Counted from the stretch's first letter, positions 1 to 12,900 are shown. The stretch is DNA of 64,000 nt from Malacoraja senta (GCA_038087875.1 CM075978.1:181536001-181600000); one strand, 5' to 3'. The notes: generated from the sequence alone by a model not told the origin. A program made the numbers and translations.

Positions 1-299
1 AATTGTGAAACTGTCCAAGCAGAGTTTTGGCAAACAATAAAGCAACTAGTACAAAGAAACCTGAGCAAAAACAGATTTGTGCAGTTCATGAACTACTACA
101 TTCAACAGCTGCATAACATTCTGAGAAGGGCATTTCCCCCACAACATCCAAATGGCAGATATACACCCGCTGCCTGCCATGGAGGAGAGAGCCCTTCTGT
201 TTATTGAAATAGATCTGGACATTCTCATCACTTAGATAAATGTAAGGTGGAAGGTCCATTATGTCTCATCTAGGCCAAAGGTTATTGGTGTACTGTGTA

Positions 300-830
300 G
301 ACATAAGGAACTGCAGATTTGGGTTTACAAAAAAGGAGACACAGAGTGCAGGAGTAACTCAGCGGGTCATGCAGCATCTCTGGAGAACATAAATAGGTGA
401 CGTTTTGGGTCGGGACTCCTCTTCAGATTGTTATTAGTAGATGGAAGAAAGCAGGAAGTGAGATGGGTGTTTGGGACAAAGCCTGGCAAGTGATAGACAG
501 AGACACAATAAGCTACAGATGCTGGTCTGTGGAGATGTGAAGTCAGAGGAAGGTATATAGGTGGAAGGGGATGGGGGAAAGGGGAAAATGTTGTTGGTTA
601 ATTGGCTAAAATTGGAGAATTCTATGTTTATACTGTAGCTTACAATCCAACAGTAAGAACATTGAATTCTCCAATTTTAGGTAGGTAACCAGCAACACCT
701 CTTTTCCCTTCCCCCGATACCTACATACCTTCCTTGGACTTCACATTTTGTGTCTCTTCCCTCCATACCTCACAATCTTTTGTCTTCTTCTCATCTTTGG
801 TTTTCATCCACCCATCTGTCAATCTAGTGC
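300..830. mobile_element. Old Penelope-derived 3' fragments in inverted arrangement
   Basis: Minus-strand terminal unit (~300-430) plus inverted arms ~520-637 / ~650-790 containing the GIY-YIG C-terminal NIEFSNF remnant. Confidence 0.6.
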
Positions 831-858
831 CTGGTGTCAGCAGAGTGTCCCTCTAAAC

Positions 859-1380
859 CAATGATTCCCAAAGTGGGCATTACCATCCCCTGGGGGATGT
901 GGGATTACCTAGGGGGGTGCTAAAAGGCAAGGGGTAGAAAGGGGTTGTGGGGGCACCAGAAGCATGCGGGCATTGGGCATGATAGGTATGAGTACGCACT
1001 TGGCGTGCTTATGGGCAGTTCTAACATGCGCTTCACTGACCTTCTCTCTAAAAACGCAAACTGTTTTGCTAAATAGTATTTCTTGGAACTTTACAAAGTT
1101 ATTACATGCATATTATATAATGATTCATAAATAATTATTGAGGTAATAGTCCAAGCGGTGTTGTTAGCAAACTCACACTTGTAATTGTCACTAAGCCACT
1201 GTTTTATTTCCTTAGGAATGTTAGTAAATAGTGCTGTGCATGAGTCACAACCACTGATCTTAATGGGTCGTGCAAACCGCTATTCTGGATAATGCTTTTT
1301 ATAGGATAAGGCAGGGGGGCACTGGGAATGACTTTATGGAGCCAAGGGGGCAATGGCCCGAAAGAGTTGGGGAACCATTG
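859..1380. mobile_element. hAT-Charlie-like non-autonomous DNA transposon remnant
   Basis: Ends CAATGATTCCCAA...TTGGGGAACCATTG resemble CAGTGGTTCCCAA-type TIRs; no clean TSD. Confidence 0.45.
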
Positions 1381-1867
1381 GGCTAAGCTGTAATTGTTCT
1401 TCAAAGGTTCTAGGTAGCACGCTAGAACTCCAGTACATGCTGTGAATGGAAGAAATGAATGTTGCACGAATGGTGACATCATTAGGTGAGCATGTGATCA
1501 CACAACGCATCAGACAAGACCCAGAGAGCCCACTAAAATTTCCCAATGATTACTATTTCACACAGAAACAATTGCAAGGAAGATATTCTATAGATTAAAT
1601 CATTCTTGTCTGATTTGCTTAAAATAAATAAATGCGGATCTATCCAATTTCCAGGCTAGAGAGATTAATATGCAAAAGGAAACGGAAGCCCTTCATAATT
1701 CAGTAGAAGGGCTTACTGATTATAAAGGACAGAGTTACCCGGAATAAATAAATAAAAGGGGCAGAATAAGTGTGTGAGAATAGATTAGTGAGTAACATAA
1801 AAGGCAGCCCCAAATTCTTTTATAAACTTCTAAATTCTAAAAGGGTTTTAAAAGAAGGATAAGGCCT

Positions 1868-3755
1868 TCCTGAGCCGCCATTCGCCGTATTTCAGTCACA
1901 GTCACAGAGGCTGACGTCAGAAGATCCTTCAGGGGGGTGAACCCTCAGAAAGCGCCTGGACCTGATGGCATACCCGGTCGTGTTCTAAAAACCTGTGCGG
2001 ACCAACTGGCTGGAGATTTTACGGACATTTTCAACCTCTCACTTCTGAGGTCTGAGGTTCCCACCTGCTTTAAAAGGGCATCAATAATGCCGGTGCCCAA
2101 GAAGAGCAAGGTGACGTGCCTCAATGACTATCAACCAGTGGCACTAACGTCTGTGGTGATGAAGAACTTTGAGATGTTGATTATGGCGCATATCAACTCC
2201 TACCTCGACAAGAACCTCGACCCACTGCAGTTCGCTTACTGCCACAACAGATCAACGGTGGATGCGATCTCACTGGCTCTCCACTCCGCTCTGGACCACT
2301 TGGACAACAAAAACTCATATGTCAGGCTGTTATTCATTGACTACAGCTCAACGCCAAGGCTCGGTGGGGGAGGGCCAAAGTCTAGGGTCCTTCCGCTGCT
2401 GGACATGGGGGGCACGGTATGGTGGAGACGCCCCTCACAATAAGGGAAGGTATCCCATGCCAGGGGGCCACATGAGTGGCACGGGTGGGGGACGGATCTG
2501 TGGAATTGGAAAAAATGTATTAACTGCATTGAACAACTTGTATAGCCTCCGAAAATATCGGATGAATTTTTTGCACGGTTCACGAATTGTATATATTTAT
2601 TACTTGAATAAAGTCTATTTTGATATTAAAAAATTGACTACAGCTCAGCATTTAATACCATCATCCCCTCCAAGCTGGTTACCAAGCTCTCAGATCTGGA
2701 TCTCTGCGCATCCCTCTGCAATTGGATCCTCGACTTCCTCATCCACAGAACACAGTCTGTCCGTATTGGTGGAAATGTGTCAGCCTTGATAACAATCAGC
2801 ACGGGAGCACCTCAAGGCTGCGTGCTCAGCCCCCTGCTTTACTCACTCTATACTCATGACTGCGTAGCTGGACATAGTTCGAACTCCATCGTCAAGTTCG
2901 CCGATGACACCACTGTTGTGGGACGAATCACTGATGGGGACGAGTCAGAGTATAGAAGTGAGATCGACCGATTGACCAAATGGTGCCAGCACAATAATCT
3001 GGCTCTCAACACCAGCAAAACCAAGGAATTGATTGTGGACTTTTCAGGGGGTGGATAGGAACCTACAATCCAGCAATCAATGGGACGATGGTGGAAAGGG
3101 TCAAGAACTTCAAATTCCTGGGTGTGCATATTTCCGAAGATCTTTCCTGGTCCCAGCACACTGATGCAATTATAAAGAAAGCACATCAGCGCCTCTACTT
3201 CCTGAGAAGATTACGGAGAGTCGGTATGTCAAAGAGGACGCTCTCGAACTTCTACAGGTACACGGTAGAGAGCATGCTGACTGGTTCCATCGTGGCTTGG
3301 TTCGGGAGCAGAAAAGAATGCAGAAAGTTGTGACCACTGCCCAGTCCATCATCGGCTCTGACCTCCCCACCATCGAAGGGATCTATCGCAGTCGTTGCCT
3401 CAAAAAGGCTGTCAACATCATCAAGGACCCACCCCATCCTGGCCACACACTCATCTCTCCACTGCCATCAGGTAGAAAGTACAGGAGTCTGAAATCTGGC
3501 ACATCCAGGTTCAGGAACAGCTGCTTCCCCACAGCCATCAGGCTATTAAACACGCCATCAAACAAACTCTGAACTATAACAGCCTATTGCACTTTATCTG
3601 TTTATTTATGCGTAAATATATGGTCTATGCCATATAGACACACCGAACTGTTCTGTATTTATGCTTACAGTATTGTGTTGTGCTGCAGCAAACAAGAATT
3701 TCATTGTCCTATCTTGGACACATGACAATATACTCTCTTGACCTGACTTGACTTG
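1868..3755 (+). mobile_element. 5'-truncated Rex1/Babar LINE (RT domain to 3' UTR)
   Basis: ORFs with [38 protein letters not shown]; (CTTGA)n tail; AGGCC duplicated at 1863-1867 and 3756-3760; interrupts an old CR1 fragment. Confidence 0.92.
2351..2632 (+). mobile_element. Short polyadenylated retro-insertion (L1/Tx1-type 3' end) inside the Rex1 RT
   Basis: 15-bp TSD ATTGACTACAGCTCA (2336-2350, 2633-2647); AATAAA and A-rich end. Confidence 0.85.
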
Positions 3756-4256
3756 AGGCCAATTTGGGATGAAAAAAGTGATCTTTGAATGCAGGACTTA
3801 AATACCAAATAAATACTTGGCACTTATGTGTGACATCAACCGCATCCTCTTTAGTGAAGATGATTGTAAGGTGGTAGAGGAAATGTAAAATATGAAAATA
3901 GATAAGCAGTGGTATTTCAAATGAAGATAACATTCAGATTTTAAAATGATTCACGGAGCAAGTAAGGGTGAAATTAAGGTCCCTCTTTGGACATAAATAT
4001 TTAGATTTTGGTTCTGAACTCACACCCTAAAGTTCCGTCTACAGGATACTTACTACACAAAGATCAATCACACCACATTGGATCAGAATTAATTAAAATT
4101 AAAAAAAAGATTTTACTCAGCCAAAATGCATTTACATCTGAGATAAACACAGTTGGATTCACAAGCCAAGTTTCATTTCTGTCCAAACATCACCATGAGC
4201 TCAATAAATCACAGAATGATTGTCGTACAGTTGAATAACTGCTGATTTTCCCACAG

Positions 4257-4392
4257 GTTCCAGCCCTGAATTCCTGATTGTGATGGAGTATTGTGAGCAT
4301 GGCAGCTTGCACAGTTTTCTGGAAGGCGAGTGGCATCTCAGCTGGCAGAGTCGTGTTCACATGGCATTGGATGCGGCCTGTGGCTTGTACAG
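4257..4392 (+). CDS. MLKL: MLKL pseudokinase exon (human exon 6 equivalent): xSSPEFLIVMEYCEHGSLHSFLEGEWHLSWQSRVHMALDAACGLYR
   Basis: cccacag|GT..AG|gtag splice sites, 136 nt, phase 1->2; translation matches the MLKL hinge region (IVMEYCE.G.L...GLYR). Confidence 0.93.
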
Positions 4393-4636
4393 GTAGCTGT
4401 TCATTGTGGCGTCGTAGACTGGGGGAAATGTAGAGATTATCCTGCCTCTCAACTGAAGGCTTTATCTCTGGATACTGCTCCTTAATCCAAAGCACGGAAT
4501 ATAGACAGTGGTTTAAGGTGCTGATTCCAACATGTTGGCACTGAGTATATGACAGGAACTACAACTGTGGACCTTTTAAATTCATTAGAACATCACAGGA
4601 GCTTCTCTGCAGAGAAACAATACCAGCATTTAGAAA

Positions 4637-5832
4637 GGTACACAAAAATGCTGGAGAAACTCAGCGGGTGCAGCAGCATCTATGGAGCGAAGGAAATAGG
4701 CAACGTTTCGGGCCGAAACCCTTCTTCAGACTGATAGGGGGTGGGGAGAAGAAAGGAAAAAAAGGCGGAGGAGGAGCCCGAGGGCTGGGGGAGGGGAGGA
4801 GACAACCAGAGGGCTGATGAAGGGGAGGGGACAGCAAGGGCTAGCAGAGTTGGGAGAATTCAATGTTCATGCCCCTAAGGGTGTAGACTGCCCAAGCGGA
4901 ATATGAGGTGCATTTCCTCCAATTTACGGTGTTGCTCGCTGTGGCCATGGAGGAGACCCAGGACAGAGAGGTCAGATACGGAATGGGAGGGTGAGTTGAA
5001 GTGCTGAGCCACCGGGAGATCAGGTAGGTTATTGCGGACCGACCGGAGGTGTTCGGCGAAATGATCACCAAGCCTCCGCTTGGTCTCACCGATGTAGATC
5101 AGCTGACATCTAGAGCAGCGGATGCAATAGATGAGGTTGGAGGAGATGCAGGTTAACCTCTGTCGCACCTGGAACGACTGCTTTGGTCCTTGAATGGAAT
5201 CGAGGGGGGAGGTGAAGGGACAAGTGTTGCATCTCTTGCGGTTGCAAGGGAAAGTACCCGGGGAGGGGGTGGTACGGGAGGGAAGGGAATAATTGACAAG
5301 GGAGTTACGGAGGGAGCGGTCTTTGCGGAAGGCAGACATGGGGGGAGATGGGAAGATGTGGCGAGTGGTGGGGTCACGTTGGAGGTGGCGAAACTGACGG
5401 AGGATCACTTGTATGTGATGGCTGGTGGGGTGAAAGGTGAGGACTAGGGGGACTCTGCCCTTGTGAGTGGGGGGATGGGGAGAGAGAGCAGTGTTGCGGG
5501 GTATGGCAGAGATCCTGGTGCGAGCCTCATCTATGGTGGAGGAGGGGAACCCCCGTTCCCTGAAGAATGAGGACATTTCGGATGCCCTGGTGTCGAACGC
5601 CTCATCCTGGGAGCAGATGCGGCGTAGACGGAGGAATTGAGAGTGGGGGATGGAGTCCTTACAGGAAGCAGGGTGGGAAGAAGTGTAGTCCAGATAGCCA
5701 TGGGAGTCGGTTGGTTTATAGTGGATGTCGGTATGAAGTCTATCACCTGCGATGGAGATAGTGAGGTCAAGGAATGGTAGGGAAGTGTCGGAAATGGTCC
5801 AGGTGTATTTGAGTGCCGGATGAAAGTTGGGT
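4637..5832 (-). mobile_element. 5'-truncated Penelope-like element (RT C-terminus + GIY-YIG + hammerhead-motif terminus)
   Basis: ORF 4875-5576 with LIYCIRC..YIGETKR GIY-YIG motifs; TSD GCATTTAGAAA at 4626-4636 and 5833-5843. Confidence 0.93.
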
Positions 5833-6840
5833 GCATTTAGAAAGATGGTTTCTCATCAAAATGGTTCAAATGGAAAGCAAATTTGATCGAAGAAACCACT
5901 TTCTCTGCTTGGGGATTCCAGAATAAGAATTAGAACGGGACTATCTGGGAATTAAATTCAAAGGCACATTTTCATTCAAAGTTAGGCTAAAATCTGGAAT
6001 TATGGTCTTAAAAGTTGTGGACCAATGTTTTTTGGCATATAAATTCATGACGAGAAATAAAGAGAATTCAAGGAAACAAACTGCGGTATATATTAGTTAT
6101 GATCTATTAGAAAGGCAGAGAGGATCAATGGATTTAATTTCCAACTCCTGTTCCTAAATTATTGCTTCGAGAGAAAAAATGTAAGAGCATAATCAGCTCA
6201 GGAAAGAAAGTTACCGAAAATGGAGTTTTAACACCTGTCACTGAAGGTGGATCAAAGGGGTTTTTAGGGAGCACTGAAGGATGTGCAATAGGGCTTCACA
6301 TTGGACTGAGACTGGCTGACCATTCTCCCCCACATGGAGCCTGGGCCCTGCATTCAAACAATCTATTTTGTTGCCGCATGCCTGCATTCAGCATTGTGCA
6401 TCAATCCTGTTTCATGTACCCTGCAGTACGAGGCATTGCGTTCCTAAAACACTATCCCATTGAGCTTTTCTGCAATGGAACTCCTTTGTTCTCTTTAAAT
6501 CCCAAGTGTAGATGCATATCTACAGGAATTTTTTCTCTCAACAGTGATGTCTCTGTGGGTGTGCGGTCTACAGGCTATTGTATACTGATTGTATTGGAGA
6601 TGGAAGAGAAAGGGCTGCAGTTTTAATTAGCTGGAAATTGATGTTATGCTGTTTGATAAAGTATCATTATACAAATAGAAGTGACATTTGGCTTCCTCAG
6701 TCAATCCCATGTTTATTACACATTATTTGTAATTTACAAGAACATAGGGATCCTGCAGCTCATTCATGATTGGATTGGTTTTCCAGCAGTTAAATGGAAA
6801 CTTTTGTTTACTATTACAGTTGTGTTTTGCTTTGATGCAG

Positions 6841-6925
6841 GATGCACCAATCAACAGAGAAGTTCAAACTCCATTGCTCTATTGACAGCACCAGATTCCT
6901 GGTTGACAACGGTCTGAGAGTGAAA
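6841..6925 (+). CDS. MLKL: MLKL exon: (R)MHQSTEKFKLHCSIDSTRFLVDNGLRVK, degenerate catalytic loop
   Basis: tgcag|G..AAA|gtgag, 85 nt, phase 2->0, in frame with neighbours; HCS replaces HRD, as expected for a pseudokinase (human HGK). Confidence 0.92.
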
Positions 6926-7039
6926 GTGAGCTGATAAAACAATAAACATCCACCATTAAAATTGATTCTAGTTCTGACATTTGGCTCACTCAAGAGCACA
7001 AGAAACACTGGAGTATTTTTTTCTCTCTTCCTGCTTTAG

Positions 7040-7185
7040 CTGGGGGGCATGGACTTGGCAAAGACAGAAACCTCAATCCGACGAATCAGCACCTCCAGCC
7101 AGAAATCCCAGTTGTTGCCGTACATCTCACCACAGCAAATGAGCAACATCAACTACCAATACGACAAGCCCTGTGAGGTGTACAG
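7040..7185 (+). CDS. MLKL: MLKL exon: LGGMDLAKTETSIRRISTSSQKSQLLPYISPQQMSNINYQYDKPCEVY(S), activation loop
   Basis: ctttag|CTG..AG|gtgag, 146 nt; aligns with human LAGFELRKTQTS...YLSPQ..YQYD..EIYS. Confidence 0.94.
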
Positions 7186-7779
7186 GTGAGAGTTTAAGCT
7201 GGAGAAAATAATGCACAAATCACACCAGGTACAGATGGTATTGGAGTCATAGCTGCGAGTCTGCAAGAGGGTAGCCAGTAATGGACGTTCCGTCTTTCAT
7301 GCCACAGGTTGGGATCGATGTGTAACAGAGAAGGGCATATCTAGAGCCTATAACGACAACTATATGATTTTAAAAGGATTAATGTAGACTGTTTACTAGT
7401 ATTACCTTATAGCTGATTGTAAGGAATCAATGTGTAATGAATCGAATTGCAGGGTCAACCAATACATTAGTTTGCTGTGGAAGCTCGGGAGTGTAAGGCA
7501 AGAATCGGTGGTGGCTATTTTGCAATGATTTGGGATTTCATGGACAATAATTATCAGATAACAATCCCAATTTTATCCCCAGTCCTTGTTATCCACTGAT
7601 TTGCATTCTAAGGTCTGGTCTGCGTTCTCATGAGGTTCTTGAATTCTTTTCTAACAAAAAATATCTAAATGTACTTCTCCTAAGACCACTAGCTTGTCTG
7701 TTGGAGAAACGTGTGTGTGCCTAAGGTCCCATGAGCTACATTGTCTGAAGCTATTCTCCTGGCAGGTTCACCCATGGCG

Positions 7780-8230
7780 GCCAGGTTGAGGATGAGGTTA
7801 CTGACAAGCGTGACAAAAGAAGAATGATGAAACAAGCGGAGGGTGGGGGTTGGGTAGCAGGTGAAGCACCATCATGGTTGAGAAGGTGGAAGATGGCTGC
7901 TGCAAGGAGAGACTCCCAACCATCATGGAGTCCATGCTGATTGAACCCGGGTCTGTCGCTATCAGTGACTGTGTGGTGGCTGTCGGCACACCAGTCTCCC
8001 CACGTTAAAAGATGTCATACACAGGAATCCATATGGAGGGACATACCACCTACACATTCCAGTTAAAGACTTGTGGCGACTAGCAAATAGTGACAGAGTG
8101 ATCACCTGGCAGCTCCTAGACACAAACTGGCACACAGTCGGTCTGTGTTGGAGTCAGAGTCTTGCACTGAGGCAGAAGGAGCCCATGACTGAACAGCCCT
8201 ATTTAGGATCCACTCTTCTCACCCCCTTAG
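7780..8230 (+). mobile_element. Degenerate RTE-like non-autonomous element (same family as 15416-15820)
   Basis: Shares GTGGTGGCTGT..CACCAGTCTCCC(C)ACGTTAAA with the reverse complement of ~15480-15530. Confidence 0.5.
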
Positions 8231-8419
8231 GAGTGCAGTAAAACTCAATTAATCAGGCACACTCAAGACTTTGATGGTGCTGGACTGGAAGATGTATCCA
8301 AACTATTGGATGTTATTCCAATTAAGATGCTTTCAGTTCACTTTTTTTTCAGATGTTACGCAGTAGTATAATATTTTTTTTAATGTAATTGTGACTTTAC
8401 AGAGCGTGAGAAGGAGAAC

Positions 8420-8550
8420 AGTGAGTTTCAAGGGATCTTTGGAAACATGACCCCAGTGAGTTTAAAGGAAGTGCAGGAATTGGGCCCTCAGTGAGTTTAA
8501 ATGAAGTGCAGGAACTGTGATCCCAGTTAGTTAATAGGAGCTGTAGAATC
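8420..8550. repeat. ~35-bp tandem repeat, 3-4 copies (CAGTGAGTTTAAAnGAAGTGCAGGAA)
   Basis: Direct copies at ~8454, ~8489, ~8524. Confidence 0.7.
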
Positions 8551-9009
8551 AGCACCTGGGAGCCTGACGTCAAATCACTAAAGATTTCCGAACAATGGGA
8601 TACCGGCTATCAGAGCGTTACTGAACATGTACACAATGTACACCAATCAGTGTCCATGTAAGTATGATGATCAGCTTCCAATCCACTTGTGTGAAATGGT
8701 TCCCTTCTATTGGTATGTGTTGTTCTACTCGAGGCCAGTCTTTGTTTTCATAGCTGTACCCAATAGATTTCAAAATTAATTCATTGGAAGTTTTAATGGA
8801 AGTAGTTTGCTAGGTAATACAATTTTTTTTTAAATTTAAACTTGTTATTGAATCTATTAATGCATGTTTACATTTGTAGAATATTATAAGGCATATTTAT
8901 ATTTGGGTGATGTATTAGATATAAACTAGAAGACTTCCAAGGTATCCATGTTTTGCCCCTATCAGTCAAGGATAATGAGGATTTAGTACATCTGTTTCTT
9001 TCCTTTCAG

Positions 9010-9059
9010 TTTTGGGATTGTTCTTTGGGAGATAGCAAGCTGTAAAACACCTTTCAAAG
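9010..9059 (+). CDS. MLKL: MLKL exon: (S)FGIVLWEIASCKTPFK
   Basis: tttcag|T..G|gtaac, 50 nt, phase 2->1; kinase subdomain IX FGIVLWEIA. Confidence 0.94.
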
Positions 9060-9129
9060 GTAACAGAAAAATTTACTGTATCCTACTTATCTTTGCTTCC
9101 CTGCTGACTGGCTCTATATTTTACTCTTA

Positions 9130-9580
9130 TGCTTAATGAATGTTATCTGGTTATGGGCAATGTCACACACTGGCTGGGTATTGGATTATGTCTAATGCAT
9201 GCTATCTGGTTGTGCCTGGTGTCATACAATGGCAGGATGTTGTCTCACACTTGATGAATGGTATTAGGTTATGAGTAGTGTCATATGCCGGCTAGGGTTT
9301 GTTTCATGCCATATGAAAGATAGCTCCTTATAGATGATATCATGCACTGGCTAGGGGTTGTCTTATGCTGAATAAGTGTTGTCTGGTTTTGAGTGGTGTC
9401 CCACACTGTGGGTTAAATCTCATGTCTGATGAATGGTGTCTGGTTATAGATGGTGTCACATCGTGACTGAGTGCTTTGCTGTTTGGTTGTAGTGATGTTA
9501 CATGCTGTGGCTGGGTGTTGTGTCATGTTATTTGGTTATGTTGTGGTGTGCCAGGTGAGTGATATCTAATTGTGGGTAGT
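9130..9580. repeat. Diverged ~59-bp minisatellite, ~7 units
   Basis: Recurring TCTGGTTRT..GTGTCAYAC..GGC at ~9141, 9200, 9259, 9318, 9377, 9434. Confidence 0.7.
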
Positions 9581-10479
9581 CAAGTTCCATTGTTTTCACA
9601 CTGGGTCAATGCTTTGCATGCAAACTCCTTTAACCTTTTGCTGGGATTGAATCATTTGAATAAATTCCTTGAACCTGTGCTAGAATTCTGATATTAACTG
9701 TTGCTCGGTGTGGTGGGGTAGGGGCAATGGGTGTCAAGAAGGAGAATGTATATGCTGCATTGAAAAGAGGAACTTTTAATGTGTAAATATAGGTGTGTTT
9801 GATGTGTACACGCTAATAGAATGTCATCAATCTGAAACAGAAAATCAACCTCACATTCTGTTTTTACAGAGGTAGTCACTGCTGACAGTGGGTGGTTATT
9901 TAAGTATTTGAATGAAGCTGCATGATCTAATTGTAGAGGTTATCCTAGTTTACAGCTAGGTATATGTCTAACCACTGCTTCAGCAGGCTTGTCATCCCCT
10001 CCTTCACCCATCACCTCAACTTACCTTTTTCTCATCTCACACTGCAGCACCTTTGCACTGCAAGACTTTCTGCCTTGCGAGCAATTTTCCTGCCTTCCTG
10101 CTTGTCAACCAGTCTGTCACACAGATTGGCTGTGGATGGAAAACCCACAGAATAAATTGTCTGGCCCTAAAATAATCCTGTTGCCTCGTCGCCGAGCTAA
10201 TGTCCAGCTAAAAGCTTATGGATTTGAATCCCAAAGAGGAGATTTATGAACAGAAAATAATTTATGAACTGCCTTGATTGATGATTTCAACTTCGTAGTT
10301 AAGCTTAATTGGAGAACTAATATCAAATCTTGGCTCTCAGTGAAAAATGTAATCCACTACCATCATTTAAATTCCTGTTTGCAGCTCTTGAGATCCAATC
10401 CTTGCACCAGTTCCATTTTGTTCTAGATTCAGTTATTCGCAGCTTCCAGCAATCTCCAAATAGAACCAGAGAAAATTTA

Positions 10480-12900
10480 CCACACGGACCGAGGCCATTC
10501 AGCCCACTGTCTCTGTACCAGTTGATGTAAAGCTGACTGGGATAAACACACATCCAGCACTTGTTCTGTAGACCTATAAGCCACTGTTCTTCAAGTATAT
10601 AACAAAGTTATGTTTATATGTGATGATGGTTTCTACCTCAAACACTCTTTCAGGCAGTGAATTTCAGATCTATCTGTGAAAGATTACTTCCTCATCTCCC
10701 CTCTAATCCTTCAACCAATTACTTTCAATCCATGGTCCTGGTTTATAATCCATCTGTTGAGGGAAATAGGTCCTCCTTGTTTATTTAATCCCACTATGCT
10801 TCTTAATGTATATTTTGCAATTAATTCTCCATTCACCGTATTTCTCTCAAAGATAACAGACCTAGTTTATTAAATTTCCTCATAGCAAAAATGTTCTAGT
10901 ACTGGAAATATCCTTATACATCCCCTGTGTATCCTCTCCAGTGCAATCACGTCCTTCCTGTAACGTGGTGACAAGAACTGTAAACAGTACTCAAACTGTG
11001 GCCGAAAAAAGTTCCATATACAGTGCCCTCCATAATGTTTGGGACAAAGACCCGTCATTTCTTTATTTGCCTCTGTACTCCACAATTTGAGGTATGTAAT
11101 AGAAAAATTCACATGTGATTAAAGTGCACATTGTCAGATTTTATTAATGGCCATTTTTATACATTTTGGTTTCACCATGTAGAAATTACTACTGTGTTTA
11201 TACATAGTCCACCCCATTTCAGGGCACCATAATGTTTGGGACACATTGTTTCACAGGCGTTTGTAATTGCTCAAGTGTGTTTAATTGCCTTCTTAAGAGC
11301 TCTCAGCACCAGTCTTTCGATTACCTTTGGAAACTTTTATTGCTGTTTATTAACATGAGGACCAAAGTTGTGCAAATGAAAGTCAAAGAAGCCATTATGA
11401 GACTGAGAAACAAGAATAAAACTGTTAGAGACATCAGCCAAACCTTAGGCTTACCAAAATCAACTATTTGGAACATCACTAAGAAGAGATAACTGGTGAG
11501 CTTACTAATTGCTAAGGGACTGGCAGGCCAAGGAAGACCTCCACAGCTGATGACAGAAGAATTCACTCTATAATAAAGAAACATTCCCAAACACCTGTCT
11601 GACAGATCAGAAACACTCTTCAGGAGTCAGGTGTGGATATGTCAATGATCACTGTCCGCTGAAGACTTAATGAACAGAAATACAGAGGCATCACTGCAAG
11701 ATGCAAACCACAGGATAGCTTCAAAAAATAGTATGGCCAGGTTACAGTTTGCCAAGAAGTACTTAAAAGAGCAACCACAGTTCTGGAAAAAGGTCTCATG
11801 GACAGATGAGATGAAGATTAACTTGTATCAGAATGATGGCAAGAGCAAATATGGAGGAGAGAAGGAACTGCCCAACATCCAAAGCATACCACCTCATCTG
11901 TGAAACACGGTGGTGGGGGTGTTATGGCCTGGGCATGAATGGCTGCTGAAGGTACTGGCTCACTTAACTTCATTGATGATACAACTGCTGATGGTAGTAG
12001 CATAATGAATTCTGAAGTGTATAGACACATCCTATCTGCTCAAGTTCAAACAAATGCCTCAAAACTCATTGGCTGGCGGTTCATTCTACAGCAAGATTTG
12101 ACCCCAAACATACTGTTAAAGCAACAAAGGAGCTTTTCAAAGCTAAAAAATTGTCAATTCTTGAGTGGCCAAGTCAATTACCCGATCTGAACCCAATTGA
12201 GCATGCCTTTTATATGCTGAAGAGAATACTGAAGGGGACCAGCTCCCAAAACAAGCATAAGCTAAAGATGGCTGCAATACAGGCCTGGCAGAGCATCACT
12301 AGATAAGACACCCAGCAACTAGTGATGTCCATGAATCGCAGACTCAAGCAGTCATTGCATGCAAAGGATATGCAACTAAATACTAAACATGGCTACTTTC
12401 AGTTACATGACATTGCTGTGTCCCATACATTATGGTGCCCTGAAATGGGGGGGGGGGCTATGTATAAACACTGCTGTAATTTCTACATGGTGAAACCAAA
12501 ATGTATAAAAATGGCCTCTATTAAAATCTGACAATGTGCACTTTAACCACATGTATTTTTTTTCTCAAATTGTGGAGTACAGAGGCAAATAAATAAATGA
12601 TGGGTCTTTGTTCCAATATTATGGAGGGCATTGTAGTTCAGCATAATCTCACTGCTCAGATATTCATACCTTGCCTAATAAAGGAAATTATCCCAAATGC
12701 CTTTTCCTCCACTTTTTGAACTATTTGCTTCATTTACGGATCTATGACACACACTCTCTGTTTGAGGTATTTAAGTTTCTCTTTCTCAATATTGTCCCAT
12801 TTAATGTACATTTCCTTGATTTGTTTCACCTCCCCAAATGCACAATCTCACAAATCGCTGGATGAACAATGAATTAACTCCATTTGTCATTTTACTGTCC
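10480..12900 (-). mobile_element. Old CR1 3' fragment split by the Tc1 element
   Basis: RPQFEYCLQFLSPRYRKDVIALERI translation; CR1 sequence resumes after 12635. Confidence 0.7.
11021..12633 (+). mobile_element. Full-length Tc1/mariner transposon with disrupted transposase
   Basis: TA|CAGTGCCCTCCATAAT...ATTATGGAGGGCATTG|TA, long (~220 bp) TIRs; HTH (DISQTLGLPKSTI), WTDE and DLNPIEH motifs broken by stops and frameshifts. Confidence 0.95.

Noticed and set aside
1-4256. Upstream MLKL exons (four-helix bundle, brace, N-lobe)
   Set aside because: No matching translation with splice sites found; they presumably lie before the window
6162-6626. 154-aa intronic ORF
   Set aside because: Non-ATG start, no recognisable domain, and not needed for the MLKL frame
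9130-9580. CRISPR-like regularly spaced repeats
   Set aside because: Whole units are homologous (no unique spacers); vertebrate intron; no cas genes
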